DNA of 63,510 nt, filler included, from Neolecta irregularis DAH-3 (Eukaryota): NCBI GenBank assembly GCA_001929475.1. It is 17 parts of 17 records of this genome, joined end to end, with 100 filler letters (N's around TTAATTAATTAA, not from the genome) between each part and the next. Parts side by side here need not be neighbours in the genome. Positions count along the whole stretch, not along the records: positions 1 to 2,308 come from LXFE01001862.1; positions 2,409 to 3,807 come from LXFE01001873.1; positions 3,908 to 5,162 come from LXFE01001874.1; positions 5,263 to 6,567 come from LXFE01001875.1; positions 6,668 to 10,746 come from LXFE01001877.1; 12 more parts are not named here. The stretch is one strand, 5' to 3'. This document shows positions 1 to 10,660 of the stretch, in pieces. The stretch's first letter is position 1; every line of letters starts with the position of its first letter. The translations under genes were made by a program, and so were the position numbers. The notes under the pieces are model-generated. The model ran no database searches and was not told where the DNA came from. It saw nothing but the letters and a program-made list of their open reading frames with translations.

Positions 1-669
1 CCCAATGAAGCCTTCTCAAAAGCGACCCGCCGTTAGTTATAGACGAACCTCAGCAAAGCGTTCCTTGGAAGCCTTTGTATCTAACTTTTCCTTTGTTCAT
101 GAATCTGACCTCGAAGCTCAATCTCGCCCCTGAATCCCTTACAGGAAATGATTCCCTTGCATTAGAGCAGGTCAAACCGGGACTTCAAAAAATTGCAGAT
201 GAATTGGGAGGGAACATGGTACATACATGTGCAAGCTGTTCTAATCTCAAGCAATACAATAGTTTATGTAATCCAAAAGTGGTGCAACCAAAAACTCCCC
301 CTTCCAAGACGTCAAATATGTAGACTATAGAGGTTCGTGCATGCAAATATTAGAATAGTTTTTATACATTACTTTGGATGTAATCCATGTTTCATATCTT
401 GACTTTCTCATCTGTTTCTTCAGAGATGGTACTTTTATCACATCCCGAGTCTCTCAAAAACAGATTTTCTTCAAATGAGACACCTGTGTCCTCGTCCTCG
501 TCTGTCACAAGGTTCTCAGATTTTGGATGCCTCTGGGCCTGCACAACCCTTTCAATGATGATGACTACTATGATGGCATTGATTGGAACTGACTACCAGA
601 TTACCATAGGCCCTATTAGGAGCTCAAACGAACTCCAAGCTTCATTTGGAAGTATGGCTATCATATTCA

Positions 670-1096
670 GAGGAGATTGGGTGATAGAAAGTTTGTTTCT
701 ATGCAGATGGTGTCATCAACATAGCCAAAAAGGAGGTTTACTGAAAACGGGAACTACTTCCAGTGCGATCAAGTATCTTGCTCTTGACATTGAGGGCCAC
801 CGAATTTGCAAAGATGGGCCCGTCACATCAGCACTAGGAAAGCGAAAACAGACAGTTATCAACTTCAAGAGAAGTTTGATATTCCACAAGGAGCTGCAAA
901 TGCTCTTATTAAATCTTTCAGTGCTGAAGAATTTAAAAGAAAGATAGTTAAATGGATTGCTACAAGAAATCATCCTCTCCAGGAAGTAGAAACTCCAGAA
1001 TTTCATGAGGCAGGTGGTATGCTTGAGCCTCGTCGATCTAAACTTCAGTCAGATATTATGGCAGCAGCCGTGTCAGCGAAGCTAGGGTCGGAATGA
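670..1096 (+). mobile_element. Internally deleted, frameshifted hAT transposase remnant
   Basis: BED-finger-like W..FLCRWC..GTTSSAIKYL, then FKRKIVKWIATRNHPLQEVETPEF fused directly to a hATC dimerisation-like tail EAGGMLEPRRSKLQSDIMAA; DDE core absent. Confidence 0.65.
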
Positions 1097-1370
1097 TTTT
1101 GTGAATTGGTAATTTAATATGTATATTAATATATCTCTTCTTTTATATTTAGCTTATACGCTGCAATGCTTACAATATGATAAGACACCAGGCTGCGTCA
1201 ACACTAAAAATCCAGTGTGTCCACCTGCTTGCCTGGCGGGCGACCGGCGGCCAGAGCAGTAATGGGTGAGGTGGGCGGGGCGATAGCAGGCGAAGAGGGC
1301 AGGTGATAACAGGCGATAACGGGCGAGAGGGCGGGGCAGTAAAGAGCGAGGAGGGGGAGCAAGGCATACC

Positions 1371-1451
1371 TAACCGAAGCTCTAAGGTCTACTTACTTAG
1401 ATTAGGAAATATAATCCGATCTTATTTGTACTCAGAGCTTCACGACTTACA
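1371..1451 (+). mobile_element. Solo LTR fragment related to the Gypsy LTR at 16630-16803
   Basis: CTTAGATTAGGAAATATAATCCGATCTTATTTGTACTCAGAGCTTCACGACTTACA aligns to the reverse complement of about 16630-16685 and ends in CA. Confidence 0.7.
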
Positions 1452-2308
1452 GGATTCGTATGCCGGCCGCCTGCCGGAAAAATCTGAACTGTGCGCCCGC
1501 CGGAGCCCCCCACACAACGGTACACACAGGTTCAGACACAGAGGACGCCACAAGCTATGGGCATCCTCTCAGTCCAAGACTTTGGATCCCCATGTGGAAA
1601 GTGTTCCACAGGGACCAGTCAGATGACCTGACAGTGGCGCGCAAGGACGGGTATTTAGGTAGCGCCCAGCGCGATTAGCGCCCTAGGCTTAACACTGTAT
1701 ATTAATACGAACGGTTATTACTAATAACAACCCTCGGCTACTATACGACCTTAAGACTCAGCAGAACACAGACCATAGAGGTCAGATACTCACAAAGCTC
1801 CTTCTCATGGTGCCATGATCAGCAGTATTCTCTCTCATACCCCTTCTCAGAATAATGTATTGTTGGAAAGGAATATTGACATCAGGATATTTCATGCTGG
1901 CACTATTTGAGTTGCAGAATGTTTATGACCCGTTTGTCGTGTGAGATTTAAGTGGGTATTCCTGCAGTGTAGTCTTTCAAGTTGTTAGCCCACAGGTTCC
2001 AATCAATGTTTACGGTGAGGTTTTACTGCTTTGATGAAGGGTAGGTTCTTGCTGAAAATGGGGTTGAAGCTTTGTTGTGTGAGGCGGAGGTCTTGTAGCG
2101 AGGAATCAAGTTATCAAAGAAAAGACTTGACTCGCTATTGAGACAGTATCCTCGTCTATATAAAGGAAACCTTCGCAGCCCTTTTAACTTATTCGCAGAA
2201 CACACGCTTTGCCAAGTGGCTCGGAAAAACAAAGATGATAAGGTAAGTAAGTAAAAATAAAAGATAAGAACTTCTCTAAACTAGACCCAGTGAGACAACC
2301 GGCCGCAT

Positions 2309-2408
2309 NNNNNNNNNNNNNNNNNNNNNNNNNNNNNNNNNNNNNNNNNNNNTTAATTAATTAANNNNNNNNNNNNNNNNNNNNNNNNNNNNNNNNNNNN
2401 NNNNNNNN
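2309..2408. other. Artificial contig linker (N44-TTAATTAATTAA-N44), first of 16
   Basis: Identical all-frame-stop linkers also at about 3808, 5163, 6568, 10747, 14832, 16804, 24361, 25675, 27570, 36768, 40200, 46469, 56726, 60854 and 62201; adjacency across them carries no meaning. Confidence 0.98.
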
Positions 2409-3031
2409 GCACTCGACATTGTTGCGAGTGAAGAAGCGCCAAGTTCATTTGTACCCAGAGTCATCAGATTTGAGCAAACGACTGAATGTATACCAAATGA
2501 CCCAACGAGAAGTCTGCAGAAAATTGTACAGAAGCTTGTAGCAAGAACGAAAGAATCAGGGGACCAGAAAATCGGAGGAGTGTATGAGTTTCACATTTCC
2601 ATGAGCTGGTCACATCCTGTTTCCCGTCCCATTTCATAAATTGTTTCTGAATTTGATCTGATTATGCTGAAGCTTGCAGGATCGGTCATCAGGCCTTGAT
2701 TAAATAATCTTCAGGCCTCCCATAGTACGCCCCTGTTTCCACTTCCGGGTACTGTGCCGGCATTTCGTGTTCCGGCGGCTGCATCCGAGCTGAAACAACC
2801 TGCATCGGAATATCCCCGGCCCGTATACCATACGAGTAGTTTAGCCAGCGACCACTGGTTATATACCACTCGAAGCTTCATCCAAGTAGAATAACATTTC
2901 TACTCACAGTCGTAAAAACGCGGACCCCGAACGGCATTGTTACTCGGGGAAAATGTCCCGGAACATGAGCACGGGATCTATCAGCGGGTGTAATTAATGC
3001 CGGAATTATTGCTCCGCGTTGGGTGAATGTA

Positions 3032-3652
3032 GGCACACGCACCAATACGGAAGGAAGGCTTTATTAATATTCCGCAATTGTATAATATAGATAGCGACAT
3101 ACCTAGCCAAGTCGCCAATACTCGTTCCTAACCGACTGGACCAAATAGACCGTCCAAGTAGACCAGACCGGCAATAATTTTGGTCCAGACGGACCAGACC
3201 AAAGGGTCGATAGACTGAATAATTCATATACATAGTTAATAGTTAAGAAGAAATAGTAGAAGAGAAAAGGTACTTTGTAAGGGAATCTTGTAGAGGCGAG
3301 GCAAATTGAAATTGGTAGAAAATCTCAAAAGTGGTAGTGCGGTGGTAGTAGTAGTGGTAGTAGCGGCTCTATATTGCACCTCTTTGACTTTAGGTATAAG
3401 TTGACAACAGGATACATTTGTTAATACAAAATTCCCATTGTAACCAAGCAGCATATATCTGTTCGAAAAGATTTCTGAATGTATAGGATGGTCTAGACGG
3501 ACTAGACCGTCCATGGTCTATTTAGACGGACCAGACCAAGGAATCCAGCGGTCCAGACGGACCAGACAGGGGTCTTGGTCGGTCTGGTCCAGTCGGTTAG
3601 GAATTAGACTCCTGCGGAAGTCGCCAATACTAAATACAACGTCTTATTCGTA
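3032..3652 (+). repeat. Dispersed LTR-like repeat interrupted by the MITE; intact relative at 27931-28074 (-)
   Basis: 3032-3122 plus 3618-3652 align collinearly with the reverse complement of 27931-28074, with several small indels. Confidence 0.7.
3125..3603. mobile_element. hAT-type MITE (about 480 bp)
   Basis: Perfect 19-bp inverted termini TTCCTAACCGACTGGACCA / TGGTCCAGTCGGTTAGGAA; many subterminal GGACCAGAC/GTCCAGAC repeats; non-coding; another copy end at 6502. Confidence 0.8.
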
Positions 3653-3907
3653 TTCAATACTGAAACTCGANNNNNNNNNNCAGGTATAAGTTGACAACAG
3701 GATACATTTGTTAATACAAAATTCCCATTGTAACCAAGCAACATATATCTGTTCGAAAAGATTTCTGAATGTATAGGATGGTCTAGACGGACTAGACCGT
3801 CCATGGTNNNNNNNNNNNNNNNNNNNNNNNNNNNNNNNNNNNNNNNNNNNNTTAATTAATTAANNNNNNNNNNNNNNNNNNNNNNNNNNNNNNNNNNNNN
3901 NNNNNNN

Positions 3908-4200
3908 GGTGGAGGAGGCGGGCGAGGGGCCGTGGGAGCAGGGCGGCCGCGGGCAGCCGCAGCAGCGGGCGGTACAGCGCGACCGCGTGCAGGTAGCCGC
4001 CGACAAACATGGCGCGGTGGCGCGTGTAGTCCGCGACGAGCAGGCAGTGCAGCGCCGCCGCCGGCTGGTCGAGCAGCGCCGGCTGCCAGCAGTGCGCAAG
4101 CGCGTAGTTCTCCAGCACGCACGCGACGGCCGCCTGCGCGTGGAGGGCCGCGGCGACGTGCATGAGGCGGCACAGGCGGGAAAAGTCGACGTCTGCGGGT
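3908..4200 (-). CDS. GC-rich exon of a hypothetical protein (partial)
   Basis: Frame DVDFSRLCRLMHVAAALHAQ...LLVADYTRHRAMFVGGYLHAVALYRPLL has protein-like composition and GC-rich third positions; preceded by a CAG acceptor; truncated by the contig end. Confidence 0.45.
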
Positions 4201-4663
4201 GGTGAGTGCAGCCCGCGGACGCTACTCCGTGGATGTTGCTTAGTTTGTAGGCACTGCAATGAACAGGACCGAATATCACGACACTCTGTGAATTACTGTA
4301 GGGCGGCGTTTTCGAAGTGGACATTTTCTAGTCTGGAGTCATATTAATCACCATCTAAGTGGCGATGCTGTGCTTGGCGGCGTTCTGCAGGTTGTGGGCA
4401 GAACAAAACAGACAATCGCAATATGGAGCACGATGGGCATTGTCAATCTAGAACACAGAGATGTTGGTGTATTACTTGTGCGTGCTGGCGCGTTTGCAAC
4501 AGCTTCGAGCATTCACTATCTCTACCAGGAGATTCTATTGCTTTCATATCAAGGATAATATTTATTGCTACCTATTGTACACACATTCAACGCACATTCA
4601 TTTTTACAATTAACCAATATCAGATTGATGTTTCAAAATACTCATACAAAGATATATTTGCCT

Positions 4664-5162
4664 TCATATCTGCAGTTGATAAGGCTTGGACTTGTGTCTA
4701 CGAGATTTGTATGTATTATCTTCCTCATCCGTAGAGCCATCTGTGGAAGAGTCGTCATCTGACTCATAGACAATGTCTACAGCTGTGTTTGACGCACCTA
4801 CAGGTCCATTCTCAGTTGTAATGATTTGTTGACCAGAGGGACTTTCTTCAGGGTGAGAAGAGTCGGTATAACCAATCAGGGCAGAATTGCTATCATGGGG
4901 TTTGACATGATCTATTTTTTGTTGCTTCTTTGGAGGCCAAACAGAGCTGTTCATGGATTTCCGCTTGGTACTAGCAATAAGCAGCATCCAGTAAGGAATT
5001 GGCAATACCTCTCATTCTTCGAGTCGTTGAATGGAAATAGAATAGGCACAAGGGAGCGATTTACCCATTTCTCCGGACTGTATACCAAATATCGTGGATC
5101 ATTGCTAATTATTTTGAAAACTGTTTCAATAGTGTGCTTCGCTTCCAGTTGAAATTGATTGT
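4664..5162 (-). CDS. Hypothetical protein, 3' part (acidic tail, basic patches)
   Basis: Open frame from the contig end, probable short GT-AG intron near 4970-5010, then TKRKS...ESDDDSSTDGSTDEED...QI*. Confidence 0.35.
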
Positions 5163-5262
5163 NNNNNNNNNNNNNNNNNNNNNNNNNNNNNNNNNNNNNN
5201 NNNNNNTTAATTAATTAANNNNNNNNNNNNNNNNNNNNNNNNNNNNNNNNNNNNNNNNNNNN

Positions 5263-5895
5263 AAGAGACATTACCTACACTTTGGGAAACTACAAAGGAT
5301 TTCATTGCAAAACATCCAGATTTAATTGTGAAGGATAATGCTATGGAATTCATTACTCCAGATAATGGCAAGTCTTATAATCGTTGTCATTTTGTAAGTT
5401 GAATTCTGATGGTTTACTGATTTACTAGTGGTCAAATTTCGAAATTGCAAACTTGGTGAACATTTCCCTCGAGTTTCTTATTTACGGATAGAACTTTTGG
5501 AGGAACTCTTCATATAATGCATATTTCAACCATCTTGACCGAGCGGGAGGCTTTTTCTATGAGAGATGGGGCGACGCTCCTGTCCACACTATTGCAGCTG
5601 TGATGTTTCTCAAGCCGGAACAAATTCATTTCTTTAATGACATCGGGTACTACCATGTAAGCGGTTGATCAATATCTATCCAACTGACTGCACAAAGATC
5701 CCATTTACTCATTGTCCGATAGAAGATGAATTTCGTCAGAAGTGTCATTGCAGTCCGCATGATTCATTTGACTGGAAAGGTTCCATATCCTGAATGTCTC
5801 ACAATACTGAAAGACAAGATCATTCATGCACGAAACGATGGTTCAAGACTGCAGGGAACAAGTTACCTGAACATCATGCTAAGTACGCTGGCTGA
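5263..5895 (+). CDS. Alpha-1,2-mannosyltransferase, GT15 KRE2/KTR family (3' part, 4 introns)
   Basis: Spliced [19 protein letters not shown]...[18 protein letters not shown]...IGYYH, diagnostic of GT15; introns of 35-41 nt, two with AAG acceptors. Confidence 0.93.
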
Positions 5896-6501
5896 GTTTT
5901 TGAATGATTACGTTGTTGGTCGTGAATCAAGCAAGTATATATTTAGCAGTTATTATCATGTTCCCAAGAACTAACTAGATGAAGGATTTCCCTTTGATAT
6001 ATCTTATGAACCATTTCGAAACAGATGCAGGTTCTCCCTATTAACCCTTCGAGATCTAAATATCATTGTTGAGTTACAAGTCAATTAAACTCCTTCATCT
6101 CCTTTATAAAGCCCAGCCTTGAGGTAGTTGATTTGTGAAAGTCTAAATTTCTTATTTCTGAAACATATTCTTCCACCAGCGAGCAGAGAATAAACAATGA
6201 GATTATTCATGTGGAAGAACTCTGGCTATCTAGAAAGATTTGGGTCCAGCCCCAGAAACATAGAGACAAGAGCTTCCAGCATCTTGTTTTGAGGAAATAT
6301 GCTTGAAAAAACATGAAGAAATATTCAGAAAAAGGAGAACGAGAGAGTAACCGTAGATTGCTGATGTTGGCCATCTCGTCAACAAGATTTCGGAATCAAG
6401 CTGTTCCCTTCGATTCTTGTAAAACAACTGTATTTAGCATAAGATTGTTGAGCAGAGCATTTGGCCCGCAAATATCGATGTTTAAACGAAGGTATTATAT
6501 A

Positions 6502-6567
6502 CAGGGTTCCTAACCGACTGGACCAGACCGACCAAGACCCCTGGTCTGGTCCGTCTGGACCGCTGGA
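6502..6567 (+). mobile_element. Terminus of the same hAT MITE family, cut by the contig end
   Basis: CAGGGTTCCTAACCGACTGGACCAGACCGACCAAGACCCC matches the reverse complement of about 3545-3603 and keeps a hAT-like CAGGG end. Confidence 0.8.
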
Positions 6568-6667
6568 NNNNNNNNNNNNNNNNNNNNNNNNNNNNNNNNN
6601 NNNNNNNNNNNTTAATTAATTAANNNNNNNNNNNNNNNNNNNNNNNNNNNNNNNNNNNNNNNNNNNN

Positions 6668-6905
6668 GGAGATTCCTGGGGTCAGGCAGGACTAGGGGGA
6701 ACGCACTGCAGATGGTAATGAGGCCGAGCCAGTAGAGGGGTCATGATTGATTGATGAATATCATTGAATGAGTGAATAATTAATGTGATGAATAGCGGCT
6801 GCTCGAGGCTGGACAGCAGCGCAAACACGAGCACGAACCGAGGTTGAGGACTTGCACATCGCTGCGGTCAGAGCGTTAAGGGTCAGGGTTTGGCGCACTG
6901 TAAAA
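6668..6905 (-). pseudogene. Degenerate, internally deleted duplicate of the TPT transporter gene
   Basis: 6668-6748 aligns to about 8885-8968 and 6794-6905 to about 9490-9615, including intron sequence, with indels. Confidence 0.8.
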
Positions 6906-7122
6906 ACGTGGGGATGGCACCGCGGGCCTGCGCGGGCAGCTCGTTGTGAATTTCCCATTGGAACTTGATCTTTGAGCTCTTAGGTATAGTATAGTATATA
7001 ACAGTTGGGTCCCAAGGTCACTAGCGTTGTAGGATTGAGGTCAACTCTGGATCGCCTCTGCCATGTCGATTGCCGTAATAGCGATAAAACATACATACAA
7101 AATAAACCATATCTAGGTCCCA

Positions 7123-8435
7123 CTACCCATATGTAATAATATCAAGCATACTGTTTTCAAAATGGTTTTCCACACTACTCTTCCATAATCGTATCTGGGA
7201 TCTAATGTCCTTCCTATATACTTTAAAGAGCACAAATTTCACCATGTCGTCAAGACACTTCAGGAAAATATTCCTTCCGCTATCGTCCACATCCTGGCTG
7301 ATGTTTAAATGACCCAGAAGGATACCTGTCGCCTGTAATATAACGGCCGACACTGGTTGGACAAGATGTTTAAATCCAAGNNNNNNNNNNTCAGAAGGAT
7401 ACCTGTCGCCTGTAATATAACGGCCGACACTGGTTGGACAAGATGTTTAAATCCAAGTGGTGTTGAATGAGCAAAGGGTTGTTGGGGGCCTAGCAGATTC
7501 ATAGCTTCTTGAAACATTTTCAAGGCAAATTCGGATTTAAGACTGGGATCCGTTGCATATATGAGAGGTTGATTTTGAGGTTCGGGACGGTACTCTATGA
7601 TAAAGTAGTTTCCCTTGCCAGAAACGATGAAAAGGTAAATGTCATTACCATGGATAAACAAAGACTTTTTTATTGGATCAAAAACGGTAGTGAAGGATGG
7701 AACGATGTTGTGGCTAAATATCTCGAGAAAAGCTAGAGCAATTATGTCTGAGAATTCCGAAGGGTGTGGCCATGATTTGAGGCCAAGGAGGATTTCTGCA
7801 GTGATTGAATGTCCAGGGATTTTGCGGCTAACTCTTACTTTATCGATCGAATCTCTAGAGATTTTGCGTCGTTTGGCCTTTCGCTCTCCTGTATCCTCAT
7901 CACCTGTATCCTCATCACGTGTATCCTCGATATCGACAACAGTTGCTGGTGTGCCATTCAGCGCAGAGTTCCTGCAGCCATCCAGAAAAGGGATCCAGAA
8001 TGTATAATGTAATGATGGTAAATATCCCTTTTCAACGTTATCGATCCACTCGTCACGGGATTCAATATTGCGAGAAAGCTCTTCAAGGTCGAATCTCCGT
8101 GGTACAGTGATACTAGATTTCAATTTCATACTACAAGGTGCTTACGTGTAGATTGCCATCATTAGATAATCAAATTGTTCATCAGAAAATTGCCTGTTTG
8201 GAGACATTGCACAATGTCTGGTACCGTCCGGAAAGATGATGGCGAGGAATGCATTACAGGAATACTTCATTGAGAAGCACACCTCTGCACACATCTCTAT
8301 CAGTTGTACAGGGGTAATGTCAAAGTCAACAGGAATAGCAGCTGGTTCACCAGATTGTACGACGACCTCTGTGAAATGATCGAGAAAAGAGGCAGCGCAG
8401 AGATTCGCTAGCACGATCGACCACAAGATCTTCAT
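7123..8435 (-). CDS. Orphan secreted protein: signal peptide, Cys-rich domain, NLS and conserved helical domain (candidate effector)
   Basis: ATG 8435 MKILWSIVLANLCAA; a 33-nt intron (8145-8113) joins the 8142 and 7305 ORFs in frame (IYT|ITVPRR); RKAKRRK; collapsing the overlap at the 10-N gap (7381) gives the stop at 7123; TATAAA about 50 bp upstream. Confidence 0.7.
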
Positions 8436-8608
8436 AGTACAGGGTATGGAGTAATATAAACTGTAGAGTTGGGGCATCAGCCTTTATAGAGGATCCGCAT
8501 CCAGCTTTTGTGAAAAAGCCACCATGATGAAACATTGAAGTAGATATCGCCGAATCAAGCACCATTTTTGAATATTGAATATAGTGAAGACATGATATAA
8601 ATACATAA

Positions 8609-9961
8609 CTAGACCCCGATTTGATCCCGGAGAGGAACGAGATGAATGGAATGACTAGATTGAGAATCGAGATGAACTGAATTATTAAGAGAATGAGATT
8701 GAGATTGAGAATCAAGTTGAGAATCAAGTTGAGAATCAAGTTGAGAATCGAGATGAAAGGAATGATCAAGAGCCGAATCGAGATCTGAATGTGAATCCTC
8801 TGAATCCGACTCATGCAGAGGGTGTGCATCCACAGGGAGCGGGCCAGCAGGCTTGGAGTCTGTGTAGCGCACGTAGTTGTAGTAGGAGATTCCTGGGGTC
8901 AGGCAGGGCTAGGAGGAGCGTACCGCCGATGGTAATAAAAAGGCCGAGCCAGTTTACGGGGGTCATGATGTCGCCAAAGATGAGGGTGGAGGCGACGATG
9001 GTGACGACCTCCTTGAAGATGCCGAGGACGGAGAGGGTGACGACGCTGGAGCGCATGATGAGGCTGGGGGTCAGGCAGGCAACAGGAGACGGATACGCAA
9101 ACTCGGCGCAGTGCAGGCAGAAGGCGAGCAGGATGGGGCACAGGATGTAGAGCACGCTGGCGAGGCCGTGGGCGGGCCAGAAGGGCGAGCGCAGCAGGGC
9201 CAGGGGGCCCTCGGCGGCGCAGGCGAGGACGAAGAGGGTTGCGAACATGGAGGGCGCGATGTGGAACAGCGAGGCGACGGGGTTCGCGGTGGCGGGCGTG
9301 TCGCGCAGCAGGATCTGGGCGAGGGCCCAGCGCAGGCCGCCGAGCACCGAGGCGGAGCCGGCGAGCAGGAAGCCGGCGAGCACAAAGTGCGTCTCGGAGG
9401 CGACCATCAGCGCGACGCCTGGATCAGCGACGGTGCGGCAAGGGCGGCACCGGCAGAGATGGCGGCGATGGCGGCGGCGACGGGCGCGCGCGGCTGCTCG
9501 AGGCGGAACAGCAGCGCAAACGCGAGCACGAACGCGAGGTTGGAGGACTTGCACATTGCTGCGTCAGAGCGTCAGCAGAGCGGCGAGCGTCAGCAGAGGG
9601 CCGCACTGTAGAACGACAGCGAGATCGTCTGCAGCGACGCGTTGGACAGCCCGATGTCGAGGCTGGTCGCGATGCCGCACGGCGCAACGTGGCACAGGTA
9701 CGCGCGCCGCGAGAGCACGGCGGCGCGCGGCGGGGCCAGCGCGGGCAGCGCAGCGAGCGCGAGCGCGGACAGCGCCAGCTGGCCCAGCATGTGCGAGGCC
9801 GTCGCAAACAGCGGGAACGCAAAGGCCAGCCCCTGCGGCGAGAACAGCCACTTGTTGTACAGCGACAGCGCGAGCGACGCCGCGTACCAGCACAGCGCCA
9901 GCAGCGCGGTCGCGGCCGCGGGCGGCACGGCGCAGGCGCAGGCGCGGGCATGGCGGGGCAT
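8609..9961 (-). CDS. Triose-phosphate/nucleotide-sugar transporter (TPT, SLC35C2-like), 4 introns
   Basis: WYAASLALSLYNKWLFS..FPLFAT; DIGLSNASLQTISLSFY|MCKSS; LGGLRWALAQILL; VTLSVLGIFKEVVTI; YYNY; repetitive LDSQ tail. Start codon uncertain (9961 or 10069). Confidence 0.9.
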
Positions 9962-10080
9962 TCTGCAAGTGCAAGGCACTCCCGCGCGCCAGAGCGCCTC
10001 CGAGGCACCTCCTCCGCCTGCCTCCACAATGGCCCGCCCAGGAGTCGGCGCCTTTGTCGCGCCGCCCATACCAGCCGCTG

Positions 10081-10248
10081 CGTCCCACCTCGTCCTGCGT
10101 CCCGCCGAGTCCCGCTGCGTCCTCTTGAGTCCCTCCTTCGTCCTGCGTCCCGCCTCGTCCTGCGTCCCTCCTCGTCCTGCGTCCCTCCTCGTCCTGCGTC
10201 CCTCCTCGTCCTGCGTCCCGCCTCGTCCTGCGTCCCGCCTCGTCCTCC
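10081..10248 (+). repeat. 17-bp minisatellite CGTCCTGCGTCCC(G/T)CCT in the TPT/TEA divergent region
   Basis: About 8 degenerate tandem units read directly. Confidence 0.85.
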
Positions 10249-10252
10249 TGAA

Positions 10253-10660
10253 ATGTCCTCCGCCTCAAACCCAGAAATGTCCTCCTCGTCCTCCTCCTCA
10301 AACCCCGAAAACGTCTGGCCCCCAAAAGTAGAGGCCGCCTTCCAGGAGGGCATGTCCCCTCCCGGCCCGTCTGACCCCAGCTATCCGCCAGATCCCCATG
10401 CTCGGCCGCAGAAAGACAATGTTCAAGGGAAAGTCCTGCGGCCGCAACGAGCTCATCGCAGACTTCATCCTCGACCGCACAGGCAAGCACCGCTCCCGCA
10501 AACAGGTCTCCAGCCACATACAGGTCCTCAAGGCCATCGCCCTCCAGCACGAAGACCACAACTGTATGCTGCTGTGCTTCTCCGCTAACCCAGTCCTCCG
10601 CCTGGTCCAGGAAGCACCCTCCTTCCGCAAACGCTCCCGCCAGCAGTCCCGCCCCCCCGC
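10253..10660 (+). CDS. TEA/ATTS-domain transcription factor (Tec1/AbaA family), 5' part
   Basis: [24 protein letters not shown]...[31 protein letters not shown]; requires a 31-nt GC-AG intron at 10350-10380. Confidence 0.93.

Noticed and set aside
2353-2364. Recurring TTAATTAATTAA palindrome between N runs, resembling a regularly spaced repeat
   Set aside because: Synthetic all-frame-stop contig linker.
3681-3807. Direct duplications flanking 10-N gaps (also near 7381, 26139, 26586)
   Set aside because: Unmerged contig overlaps; assembly artefacts.
9239-10588. Long overlapping Arg/Ala-rich ORFs in GC islands (also 16943-17719, 38454-39440)
   Set aside because: Shadow ORFs caused by stop-codon scarcity; the real genes are spliced in other frames.
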